From NCBI RefSeq assembly GCF_006345805.1, contig NC_043002.1:106330001-106394000 (forward strand): a DNA stretch of 64,000 nucleotides, read 5' to 3'. A program made the translations under genes and the position numbers. Below the pieces are notes generated by a model. It saw only the letters and a list, made by a program, of their open reading frames with translations. It was not told the origin of the DNA and did no database searches. Source of the DNA: Octopus sinensis (taxonomy: Eukaryota). Below, piece by piece: positions 31,225-42,984 of the stretch; the first letter of the stretch is position 1; every line of letters begins with the position of its first letter.

Positions 31225-31750
31225 AGGCACATGGCTCAATGGTTTGAGCATCGGGCTCCCAATCACGAGGTAGTAAGCTCGTTTCCCTGTCAGGGCTGTG
31301 TGTTGTGTTATTGAGCAAGACGCTTATTTCACGTTGCTCCATTTCACTCAGCTGTAGAAATGAGTTGTGAGGTCACTGGTGCCAAGCTGTATCGGCCCCT
31401 TATAGAAGCATGGCTCAGTGGTTAGAGCGTCGAACTTACGATCGTGAGGTTGTGAGTTCGATTCCCGGACTGGGCTGCGTGTTGTGTCCTTGAGCAAGAC
31501 ACAGTAGGAATGAGTTGTGAGGTCACTGGTGTCAAGCTGCATCGGCCCCTTTGCCTTTCCCTTGGATAACATCGGTGGCGTGAAGAGGGGAGGCTGGTAT
31601 GCAGGGGCAACTGCTGGTCTTCCATAAACAAACTTACTTCTGCCTCGGAGATGAACCTTGACTTCTCTCTCGGAAAAGAACTTTCTAGGTGCAAACCCCT
31701 GATCATTCATGACCGAAGTGGGGAAGGGGAACGACGGATCTTTACCCTTT
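31225..31750 (+). mobile_element. Two tandem SINE family C copies (partial plus near full-length)
   Basis: Repeated catggctca(a/g)tggtt heads at about 31229 and 31409; tail tcattcatgaccgaag. Confidence 0.8.
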
Positions 31751-31952
31751 TAGCCTATGTGTGTGTGTGTGTGTGTGGTGTGTGTGTGTGTGTGTGCGTG
31801 TGTGTGTGGTGTGTGTGTGTGTGAATCTAAATTTCGAAGTTACTCTCAACTTATTCCTTTTTAAAACAATTTATTCTGCTGAAAGTTATTGGGTGGTTAT
31901 TCAGTAAATGATTTCCTTCTTTATATATATATAAATCATATAAAACTATATA

Positions 31953-31984
<32 letters not shown>

Positions 31985-32122
31985 ACTATAACTATATATA
32001 TATATCTGACTATAGGTCTGATCTCTGACTTCTGGCCGAAATCAGACCGCCATGTTGATTTGTTAGCTCCGGCACGCATTTTTTTTCTCTCCTTGTTTCT
32101 CTCCGTGTTTCTTTTCTGTGTA

Positions 32123-32160
32123 TCTTTCTGTTGAAGAGCGTAGGCTCGAAACGTAAAAGA
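32123..32160 (+). ncRNA. Minimal type I hammerhead ribozyme-like motif (core variant CUGUUGA)
   Basis: TCTTT-CTGTTGA-A-GAGC(GTAG)GCTC-GAAAC-GTA-AAAGA: stems I and II pair perfectly; A6 is replaced by U. Confidence 0.5.
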
Positions 32161-32694
32161 CTTGTTTTATTGATATTCCTGAGCGCCATACTAATACAAT
32201 TGTTTGTTTGTACTCCACCTGCCTTCGTCTTTTGTTTATTTTCATAAAGCCTCCCGTTATATATATAGAAACTATACTTAGGATCAAGAAGTTACATGAA
32301 TGTTTATGTACGCATTTATGTATGTACGTATGTATGTATGTATGTATGTATGTATGTATGTATGTATGTATGTATGTATGTATGTATGTATGTATGTATG
32401 TATGTATGTATGTATGCAAACAAATAAACAAACACACACACACACACATACGGAAATCTCTCGACCGTCGCGGGTGTTACGTTCTAAAACATTCTACAGA
32501 AATAATTAAAACCTAAAAAGATATAAATAGCTATCGGCCGCAGATACCTGCGATATAAATTTACATATATTAGCCAGAAAAATCCGTAGTGAGTGCGCGA
32601 TAGATGAACCACGATATGACGAGGTATCACTGTATATATAGATGGATAGACAGATAGATAGCACGCGCGCTCGAGAGAGAGAGGGAGGAGAGAG

Positions 32695-32745
<51 letters not shown>

Positions 32746-32924
32746 TGCGCGCGCGTGTCTTTTTGCCACCCTGGGTAATATCAGAAAATATGACATACAC
32801 AGCAATAATTATAATTCAACTTTTATCATATTTCTTGGTGTTTATAGAAAAAAGCGAAAAGAATTTTTATTTTCGAAAAAAATTATTTATTACCTTAAAA
32901 TAAAAAATTAGATATTCTAAAGAC

Positions 32925-33243
32925 TCCGCCGGTACGGTACGACGACGACGAGGGTCCCCTATACGATCAACGGAACCGCTTGCTCGTGAAATTAACGTCA
33001 AATGGCTTAGCATTCCACAGACACGTGTACCCTTAACGTAGTCTCTCGGGGATAATCAGCTTGACACAGAGAGTGACAAGGCTGACCCTTTGAAATACAA
33101 GTACAACTCATTTTGCCAGCTGAGTGGACTGGAGCAACGTGAAATAAAGTGTCTTGCTCAAGACACAACGCGCTCCGGGAATCGAACTCACAACCTTACG
33201 ATCATGAGCCGAATGCCCTAACCACTAAGCCACGCGCCTTCAC
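32925..33243 (-). mobile_element. SINE family D (head as in family C, different tail)
   Basis: gggaatcgaactcacaacc B-box, gtcttgctcaag core, gctcgtgaaattaacgt tail. Confidence 0.8.
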
Positions 33244-33404
33244 AGAATTAGATATAAAAGATATCTCATTCACACATTTGCAATAAATTTATTATAATAT
33301 TGTTCTAAGTTTTATCAACATAATCACAATCTTCTCCATCGGAAAACTGTCCCTGCAAAATTTCATTAAAAATGTGTGTCTTTCAGAAAGTTATCATTTA
33401 CGGT

Positions 33405-33562
33405 GCAGGCGTGGTTGTGTATAAGACGATCGATTCCCAACCACATGGTTCCGTGTTCAAATCCCCTGCGTATCACTTTGGGCAAGTATCTTCTACTATG
33501 GCCTCGGGCTGATCAAAGCCTTGTGAGTGAATTTGGTAGACGGAACTGAAAATACAACCACG
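33405..33562 (+). mobile_element. SINE family B 5' half
   Basis: ggtgcaggcgtggttgtg...ttgggcaagtatcttctactatggcctcggg...ttggtagacggaactgaa. Confidence 0.75.
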
Positions 33563-33564
33563 TA

Positions 33565-33630
33565 TATATATATATATATAATATATATATATATGTATAT
33601 ATATTATACAACATACTACGTATATATATG

Positions 33631-33664
<34 letters not shown>

Positions 33665-33681
33665 GATACATACATACATAC

Positions 33682-33745
<64 letters not shown>

Positions 33746-34965
33746 GTATATATGTGAAATATAATATATATATATATATATTATATATATATATATTTAT
33801 ACATATATACATAAATATATATATACCCAAGAAAAAGCAACAAGAAGGGATTTTTGTACTAAAACTACTAATCCATTCTTGTTGCTTTTTTCTTGGTTAT
33901 AATCACCCCACATTATTTTATGGTTAATACCATAAATAATTCTGGTGCATCTAAGTTAAGTACCATATTCATTTGAATTCATTGGAATTCGCTTGAATCT
34001 TAATTATTTTTGCTAAATATATATATATATATATATTTATACATATATACATAAATATATACATATTTGTATATATATATAATATTATAGCTAAGGTCAC
34101 TTAACCGCCAAGAACTTCTTTGCAAGCAACAGAGATTACAGAAATAATTCACACACATATGCGCGCGCACGCACACACAGACAGCGGAAAACGTGAATGT
34201 TGGAAATGCCTCTGAGTATTACGGTTCTATGTTTTGGATAACTCACAGCAAGAACGAAATCTTCCTTAAACTCTACAACCAAAGGCCGTAAGATTTTGGC
34301 ACTTAAAGAGCCCCATTTTTGCAATTGTCACTCACAAGGATTGCAAAACACAACCAAAATCACTTTTTACCATATTAGCTTATCTGAAAAAGACTACAAC
34401 CTAAGCAGGGCCCGTTCCACCAATTGCTCCTCCCCATCAATTAGACATGGCAAATATAGGGAAAAACTCAACATAAACATTGCCTCTCCCCTCCTGGATA
34501 TAAAAAAAGATGTCACAAAACACAGAATATTGACTGAGAAAAGCAAAGATCTATTATTATCTCGGACATCAACGCATGAAATTCAAACTAAAGAACTCTC
34601 GGCTTACCCATATGCACACATATTGATATCAGTTTGCATAAGGACTCAACCCTATGTATGTATAAATATATTTGTATACAGCAAATCAGATACAAAACAA
34701 ACAAACAAACAATAACAACAAAACTCCAAGGTGTTCACACTTAATATTATTAAATTGACGCTCAAAGAAGGAAAAAACAAAAAAACAAAATTGTGGAGCA
34801 AAAGCAGAGTAAAAGTATAACGTTTCGGAGATAACTCTTTGTCGGCTATTAGAGGAAAGTTCAGAAAGAAACCAGGAAGAAAGCAATGGAGACAGAAAAA
34901 AAGAGAGAAGACAGCAAGAGAAAAATGTATGCGGGTTAGGTTCACATTTCCACCTTTGACTAACG

Positions 34966-35000
<35 letters not shown>

Positions 35001-35237
35001 CTATATATATATAGATATATATAGTATATATGTATATATATATATATATTGATATATATATATATATAATATTATATATATTATATAATATATATGTATA
35101 ATATATATATATATATATATTATATAATATAATATAAATATATATAGATATATAAATGTATATATATATAATATATATATTTATTATGTATGTATATTAT
35201 AATATATACATAATATATATATATAATATATATATAT

Positions 35238-35275
<38 letters not shown>

Positions 35276-35300
35276 TAATATATATATATATATAATATAT
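33565..35300. repeat. (TA)n arrays at about 33565-33825 and 34965-35300 with non-repetitive DNA between
   Basis: Seen directly in the sequence. Confidence 0.85.
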
Positions 35301-35879
35301 ACCTCTTCTTTTCCGTTCGCAAAGACTACCTCATCCCTCTGACGATGCGTGTTCAGAAGCGATTAGCATATTCACATTCGAATCCGCCAGAACGTATTAA
35401 AACTGTTATGTACTCTATTGCTTGGATTCTCACTCTTCTGCATGCACTTAACGAATTTTATTAGTTTGGCAGATATCAGTAACTTGTTTGCGATTTCTAT
35501 AAGCAAGAATCAGTACTCTGATTGGTCCGAGGTTAGCCTTGACTGAAGAGACACACAATGAGGTCAAAGCAGTGTAGTGTCTCTAAATGTGGATATCGTC
35601 CTCGATCAGGCATGCCGTTAAACAACAAACGAGACCTCTGCTACTACTATGCCGCCAAACTGCGAGGCTGACCGCTCTTCTAATACTTTACCATCACATG
35701 CTCAAATTGATTGTTAAAATTCTATCAGATGGCAGAGTGAGGATTATAAACACTTCAAGTGTAATCATAAATGAATTCTTTCAAGAGAAGATTATATTAA
35801 TTTTAAAATTCTCCCCTCAGGTAATGCCTCATCCAACTAATGTAAAAACACGAAACAAAATTGACAAGGAACAAAAGTA

Positions 35880-36620
35880 AAAATCCCAAATGAACTGATT
35901 CTAACGGCGCTTAACAAACTAGAGAGAGAATATTTACAGCATTGTAAACAACCTTCATTTTAGCAAATTAACGCGTGTTTGTATTCTCTCTCAACAATTG
36001 CAAAACAGTATCTTGGGTATAATGGAAACCTGAGGAAAGGCAAAACAATAAAAAGAAAATGTCTGCTTGGATTTGGAAAATGGAATAAAAGGATCGTCGA
36101 TCTCCTGGGGACACACAATTATATGACGTTGCTTATCACATGTAAACAGACAAATAATTACACCTCCCATCAGCAAAGAGTGGAAAACAAACTATGGAGG
36201 TAGTTAAAAGAGAAAACTTACCTAGAGATTAATTACTCTCTAATAAGAACTAAAAGCGGCCAATAAGAAATTCCAGTATCTGAAGGGAATAGCTGAAAGA
36301 AAATTAATTAACAAGAAATATAATCGAAACCAATCAGAAGTTTACAGAGATATGAGAGAATAATCAATAACTGTTACAGATGCTTCTTGTCTGGAGAAAA
36401 CTTTGGAACGAGACAAAGGTGTTTTATCAGAATACAGGGTGGATAGAAGAAACATGTACCAAAGATTGTCTCTCGAGTGAACCCAAAACGTATAGCATCA
36501 ATGGTGAAACTCCTGAGACTGTGATTAGAACAGCTACGGCATAAGAAAAGCGCAAGGAACAGGTTTCATTGTTGGATAAATGGTGAAAATTGATCTTCTA
36601 TGGGAGATATCTTATCGTCT
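35880..36620 (+). mobile_element. Decayed R4/Dong-like LINE fragment (region upstream of RT)
   Basis: ANKKFQYLKGIAERKLINKKYNRNQSEVYRDM and ETVI(R)RLRHKKSAGTGFIVG remnants resemble the pre-RT region of RLE-type elements. Confidence 0.45.
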
Positions 36621-36623
36621 TTA

Positions 36624-36838
<215 letters not shown>

Positions 36839-36929
36839 CTATATACATATATATACATATATATAATTGAAATATGTTTCAAAAACAAATAGAAACAACA
36901 CGTGGAAAAGACATGGGGAAAGTAAGAAT

Positions 36930-37177
36930 AATTGCAGCGTAGAAGGTGTTTGTAAGCCATTTAAAAAACACACAAAAGCCGTTCGATTCACTTCAACATT
37001 TAAGTTTAATTTGTCAAAATATTTTGACAGTGATGCAGCACGGATTTTTGTCAGTGAACAGGTCGCGGTCTTAAAGCGACGAAAATATTTTGACAAATTA
37101 AATTTAAATGTTGAAGTGAATCGAACGGCTTTTGTGTGTTTCTTAAATGGCTTACAAACACCTTCCACGCTGCAATT
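36930..37177. repeat. Foldback element: 96-bp inverted arms with a 56-bp spacer
   Basis: 36930-37025 is the near-perfect reverse complement of 37082-37177. Confidence 0.92.
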
Positions 37178-37522
37178 GTTTTCGTTTCAGCACACGATCT
37201 CAGATCAAATCACTTGCTATGCAAGTACATCTCCGTAATAATAAAGTAAGAATAAAAAACGCGAAAATGCACATTGGATATCAAAAAGATAAAGGCTTTT
37301 TTTAATGAAAAGTAATGATAAATATATACAATTAGATGAACTGAGGTAGAATTAAGAGGATTGAGTCATTATTATGAATTGTTAAAGGGATTCAAAGTTA
37401 TACCGGTTTTGTCAATTACTGTTCACTGGCTTTGAATGCGCACCGATTGCTAAACGGTGTTGAGTCTACTAGTCCCTCCCTCTCTCTCTATATATATATG
37501 TATATATGATGTATATATATAT

Positions 37523-37561
<39 letters not shown>

Positions 37562-37563
<2 letters not shown>

Positions 37564-38430
37564 AGAGGGGGTACCCCAAAGTAAATGGAAACGCTCTCTG
37601 TGGGATGCTAGAAGTCACTTGATGCGTCCTTCAGGTTTCAGAAGCAACTTGATGCAACTCAGGCATCAGTCTACCAAAGGTGCCGTCGGGTGCGCCTTTC
37701 TTTTGCAGCGCTTCCCCCCCCCTATTTGTCGAATTTTGCGATGGCTGAAACGAAGGAACAGTGTACTTCCGTGAAATTCTGTTTTCCGCTGGGGGAAAAC
37801 GGCGACCGAAACAGTTGTCATGCTTCAAATAGCTGCTATGAACAAAATACAAGTTTAAGAGTAGTTTTTACGCGTTAAGAATGATCACTTGTCGGTTCTT
37901 CAACTTCGTTCAGGACGACCGTCAATCTCTCGGACGAATGAAAGCCATTTAAATTCATAAACTGATCTTGGAGGACCGTCAACGAACAATTGACGAACTT
38001 GTTGATATGATTGGTGTATCATGAAGCTCCTACCAACGAATTTTGAGCGAGGAATTGCGAATGAAAAGAGTTGTAGCAAAATTTGTGCCTCGCTTGTTCA
38101 CAGAAGATCAAAAGCAGTCACGGTTGAATGTGTTTCGTGAACTGAAAGAATAGTTAGAAGTTGATCCGGACTTTTTCTCGAAGTTCATCACTGGTGACAA
38201 AAGCTGGTGCTATGGAATTTATAGGTGTGGATGAGGTGAAGTAAAAAACGGCGGAGGCGTTAAAAGGTATCACTTCGCAAGAGTTCCAGCACAGCTTCGA
38301 ACAGTGGAAAGCACACCTGGACCGAGGCATTGCTTCAAATGGAGAGTACACTGAGGCCGATATAAGTGTAAACATGTAAAACTAGGTGGATAAAATAATA
38401 TTGCAAAATCCCAATTTCTTATGTGTGTAT
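37562..38430 (+). mobile_element. Decayed, internally deleted mariner transposon
   Basis: MAETKEQCTSVKFCF, RSGRPS, AKFVPRLFTEDQK, FITGDKSWCYG and FEQWKAHLDRGIASNGEY remnants; left TIR-like gagggggtaccccaaag. Confidence 0.85.
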
Positions 38431-38509
38431 ATATACATGTGACCGCGTGTGTACCGTTGGTGATTTTTTTCCCTCTGTCTTCCCTTCTCTGGATCTTTCC
38501 TTCTCCTAT

Positions 38510-38544
38510 GTTTCCGACGAAGAGCTCCGCTCGAAACGTTAAAC
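38510..38544 (+). ncRNA. Minimal type I hammerhead ribozyme-like motif (core CCGACGA)
   Basis: GTTT-CCGACGA-A-GAGC(TCC)GCTC-GAAAC-GTT-AAAC: stems I and II pair; U4 is replaced by C. Confidence 0.5.
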
Positions 38545-38640
38545 CCTCCTTCTTTCCATCTTTCCTGAGCGTCCAATAATACTATATTTGTTCCACGTCC
38601 TCGCGTTGTTGTGTTTTTTTGTGCTTTCATGTTTGGATTA

Positions 38641-38698
<58 letters not shown>

Positions 38699-38797
38699 AA
38701 TGATAAATATCAAAGTGAGTTATATACAGTAGCGGTAACAAATATGCGTCACAATATATATATATATATATTCAACTTACGATGAAAGCAAACAAAG

Positions 38798-38869
38798 TTT
38801 GATTTAGCTTAATGGTAAAGCACTTGACGAATAATCACAGGGATGTGAGTTCGAGTCTCATGGTTGGCC
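38798..38869 (+). pseudogene. tRNA-like pseudogene or SINE head with AAT (Ile) anticodon position
   Basis: D-arm GCTT/AAGC, A-box tagcttaatgg, T-arm GTGAG-TTCGAGT-CTCAT; acceptor and anticodon stems are decayed. Confidence 0.6.
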
Positions 38870-39940
38870 GGTAACGATTTTTCTGCAAGATATGGATAGT
38901 TTATCCTGTTCATGCTATTGTATTAGCATTATTATGCATTTGAGAATAAATTATAACTGTATCTATCTATCTATCTATCTATTTATCTCTCTGTATATAT
39001 GTATGTATATCTGTGTGTGTGTGCATGTATATATATGTATGTATATAGTTGTATGCATTTCTCTCTCTCTATATATATATATGCATATAAGTGTTTATAT
39101 GAATATATATTCACACGTATGCACGCACACTCATACATGGTTATACCATTGTACATGTCTATGTGTACGCCTGTGTACATACGTAAGCATCTGCTTGTAT
39201 GTGTCTGTGGCCATCGTTGTGTATTTATTGTTGATTAATTTTCCTGTTCTACACAATTTACAGGAGTGTTCAAGAAATATATTGTAATATTTAGATCATT
39301 AATTAACCAATTAATTAACCTAGTTTGCATATAATATATTTGACCTCTCACTCGAAGATCCATATGACCTCTTTCCAGGAATTTTCCTCTGTTCTTTTAC
39401 AGATTTTCTCAGAGTTTCTCGTTCAATGCCTATGAGATCTGTTATTTAAAAGTCAGCCATCATTTCCCTGTAGTTAAAACTACGAAACGAAGTTGTGTTT
39501 TAATGCTGTGATATAAAAATACAAAATTGCTCAATATAACTTCATGTTGGAAGTGTGTAGCGTCTAAAATATGATAATTTATGAGAGATAAACAGCGATT
39601 GTATATCAAAGATGCAGTTTCGTTTGGTTATCGACTGCAAATATCAGTTATTAATACTAGTTAATAACTGTGTAATTAAAAGTTATTAAATATTTAAAAA
39701 AGTTTCTTTTAACAGAATGTCGCTAGCCTTTGTGGAAGAAGTTTGCTTTATGTATGGTGTGTGTTTTGTGTGTAAGTGTCTTCGTTTTTTAACTTTTCAA
39801 ACACACTCGTTCCGGGCCAATGCATATAGTGAGGCTTTGTAAGAATGTTAACTTTTTCTGGTTTAGTTTCGGATTTAGAATTTTTATAATTCTTCCACAA
39901 ATCTTCGTGACATTTTGTTAAATAAAATAAGTTTTTTAAA

Positions 39941-41635
39941 TACAGGAGTTTATTTGAAATGTTCAAAGGCTGACCAAGATACTCTCAATGGAATGTGAGT
40001 AAATGAGGTCTATTTTTCAAGAGAGTCCACTTTGTGGTCCATTTACTTCTTCCATCGGTGTTGCAGAGCTTAGATGCCATTGGTTAAGAAACTTTCATCC
40101 TGTTTATCAAAAAAGTCCTCAGCAGCAGATATGACGTCATCATCACCGCCATACTGGTTCCCCGCCTAGTGGTTTCTCATGTTGGGGAACAGATGTCAGG
40201 TGGTGCCAAATCAGGAGAGCAGGGAAGGGGATCAATCCGTTCAAAGCCACAGTCACGCATAACGGCCATTGAAACCAAAGACTTGTTTGCTGGAGCATTG
40301 TTCTGATGAAACGAAACCCCTTTTCGTCAGTTTTTCCTGGATGTTTCCTCTTGATAGCCTTTCGTAACTGCCTCAGCAAATTGACATAGCACTCTCCAAT
40401 GATGGAGTGGTCCATTTGAAGACAGCCAATAAACACAGTGCTTTTTGCACCCCCGAAACTGAGGCCATCACGCTCCCTGCAGATGAAACGATCTTCATCC
40501 CCTTTGGAGTATGTGAAAAGGGGTGTGCATGGCTTGCATGGATTGTCTCTTAATCTCTGGCTCAAAGTGATGAAGCTAACACTCATTCTGGGTTAGGAAA
40601 CGTTCAAGGGAACCGGCTGAAACTACCCGAATCAGTGTCAGATTTTTCCGTGGTGTGATCAGCCTGGTGCATTTTTGATCACGTATCAGACGTTACACCT
40701 ACTGTGCAGTAATGTTCGTCATGCCAAGTTCATTGTGCTGAATATTTTCCATCTCTCACGGGAAATGCTAATAGCATTAGCTATTTGATTTATAGGCACA
40801 GGAGTGGCTGTGTGGTAAGTAGCTTGCTTACCAACCACATGGTTCCAGGTTCAGTCCCACTGCGTGGCACCTTGGGCAAGTGTCTTCTACTATAGCCTCG
40901 GGCCGACCAAAGCCTTGTGAGTGGATTTGGTAGACGGAAACTGAAAGAAGCCCGTCGTATATATGTATATATATATATATGTGCGTGTGTGTTTGTGTGT
41001 CTGTGTTTGTTCCCCTAGTATTGCTTGACAACCGATGCTGGTGTGTTTATGTCCCCGTCACTTAGCGGTTCGGCAAAAGAGACCGATAGAATAAGTACTG
41101 GGCTTACAAAGAATAAGTTCCGGGTCGAGTTGCTCGATTAAAGGTGGTGCTCCAGCATGGCCGCAGTCAAATGACTGAAACAAGTGAAAGAGTAAAGAGT
41201 AAAGAGTTAATCGCCTGTCATCCATCAACGTGTGGCGAACACGATCGATGTTCACGTCGGTGGTGGCAGTTGCAGGACGTGCGGACGTTGAGTCATTTTC
41301 AAGACTCTCCCTTCCTTGCCTAAATACAGCTGCCCACTTTTGCACTGTTGATAAAGCTGGAGTGTCAATCCCCTAAAGTAGCAACCATGCAACATAAATG
41401 TTCTTGGGGGCTAAACCCTTTTTCTGCAGGTACTTGATAACACCGCGATACCAAATTTTGTCGATATTCAAGAGGAATCACTACCAGTTCATTTTGAACA
41501 GTCAGATGTCAGTTTACCTGGGAAGAAACAATGTAGTTATTAAAAAGAAAAGTTGAAATTAATGCATGCAAGACTTCCCAGCTCTAACATCGCTCCCGCA
41601 TAGTCAGCCTATGAACTTTTTAATCTACTGTTGTA
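39941..41635 (-). mobile_element. Near full-length decayed mariner transposon interrupted by a SINE
   Basis: Matching TIR remnants (gttcaaaggctgacc at 39961; gtcagcctatgaac at 41603); GRESLEND...RPATATT...DDRRLT, HNELGM and HHFEPE remnants; about 1.3 kb after removing the SINE. Confidence 0.88.
40795..41207 (+). mobile_element. Full-length SINE family B (octopus OK/OR-type tRNA-derived SINE; exact family not assigned)
   Basis: A-box tggctgtgtggt, B-box ggttcagtccc, cttgggcaagt core, internal (TA/TG)n, tail ggtgctccagcatggccgcag...ctgaaac followed by (AAGAGT)n. Confidence 0.88.
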
Positions 41636-41665
41636 GTTAATAACTTCAAAAAATACACAAAAAAC

Positions 41666-42540
41666 GTTTCTAATTATTGTAACTGTATCAAGTAATTTTT
41701 ACAAAAGCTTTTAGATATATATTGGGGCGTACAAACACCCCGTCAGAAAAATAGGCATTAGTACACGTGGGAATCGAACTCACCCCTTTTGTTTCTAATT
41801 ATTGTAACTGTATCAAGTAATTTTTACAAAAGCTTTTAGATATATATTGGGGCGTACAAACACCCCGTCAGAAAAATAGGCATTAGTACACGTGGGAATC
41901 GAACTCACCCCTTTTGTTTCTAATTATTGTAACTGTATCAAGTAATTTTTACAAAAGCTTTTAGATATATATTGGGGCGTACAAACACTCCGTCAGAAAA
42001 ATAGGTATTAGTACACGTGGGAATCGAACTCACCCCTTTTGTTTCTAATTATTGTAACTGTATCAAGTAATTTTTACAAAAGCTTTCAGATATATATTGG
42101 GGCGTACAAACACTCCGTCAGAAAAATAGGCATTAGTACACGTGGGAATCGAACTCACCCCTTTTGTTTCTAATTATTGTAACTGTATCAAGTAATTTTT
42201 ACAAAAGCTTTTAGATATATATTGGGGCGTACAAACACCCCGTCAGAAAAATAGGCATTAGTACACGTGGGAATCGAACTCACCCCTTTTGTTTCTAATT
42301 ATTGTAACTGTATCAAGTAATTTTTACAAAAGCTTTTAGATATATATTGGGGCGTACAAACACCCCGTCAGAAAAATAGGCATTAGTACACGTGGGAATC
42401 GAACTCACCCCTTTTGTTTCTAATTATTGTAACTGTATCAAGTAATTTTTACAAAACCTTTCAGATATATATTGGGGCGTACAAACACTCCGTCAGAAAA
42501 ATAGGTATTAGTACACGTGGGAATCGAACTCACCCCTTTT
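41666..42540. repeat. Tandem array of 7 x 125-bp units
   Basis: Unit starts (gtttctaatt) at 41666, 41791, 41916, 42041, 42166, 42291 and 42416; few substitutions between units. Confidence 0.97.
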
Positions 42541-42579
42541 ATCTTCACAGTGTGTGCTGACCGATTGCATCAACATACC
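42509..42579 (-). pseudogene. tRNA-like Pol III unit (loop CT-GTG-AA) overlapping the last array unit
   Basis: Minus strand GGTATGT-TG-ATGC-AATCGGTCA-GCAC...GTGAG-TTCGATT-CCCAC-GTGTACT-A, followed by TATTTTT; the anticodon stem is broken. Confidence 0.5.
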
Positions 42580-42658
42580 CATCATTTTTTCCTCGTTAAA
42601 TTTAGGAACTATGATTTCATAGCGGTAAGTATGTGGGAATTTTGCGCGAGTTAAGAAA

Positions 42659-42715
42659 CGGTTAGGACTCCTGGCTTTCACACAGGCGGCCCGGGTTCGA
42701 TTCCCGGCATGAGAA
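42659..42715 (+). pseudogene. 5'-truncated tRNA-Glu(TTC) pseudogene
   Basis: cggttaggactcctggctttcacacaggcggcccgggttcgattcccggcatgagaa closely matches the metazoan tRNA-Glu(TTC) 3' three-quarters; the 5' acceptor strand is missing. Confidence 0.8.
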
Positions 42716-42984
42716 CTTATTTTATCCTGGCAGTGCTCCAGCATCACCACAGACGCATGGCTGAAACGAGTAAAATAGTAAAAGTATGATTATAAGTTTT
42801 ACAGTATACTGACTATAGAAAATAGTCTGGCGAAAACTTACACTCATTTTTTCCGTTTCTTAACTTATGCAGAATACATACATACATACACACATACATA
42901 CATACATACATACATACATACATACATACATACATTCATTCATTCATTCATTCATTCATTCATTCATTCATGCATACAAAACCG

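Noticed and set aside
34296-34715. 139-aa ORF
   Set aside because: No domain or repeat-family motif recognised; length is compatible with chance
36839-37238. Opposite-strand ORFs sharing identical peptide segments
   Set aside because: A direct consequence of the palindrome
41666-42540. CRISPR array
   Set aside because: Whole 125-bp units are near-identical, with no variable spacers and no cas genes; eukaryotic context
42659-42715. Functional tRNA-Glu gene
   Set aside because: The 5' acceptor strand and A-box start are missing, and there is an anticodon stem mismatch
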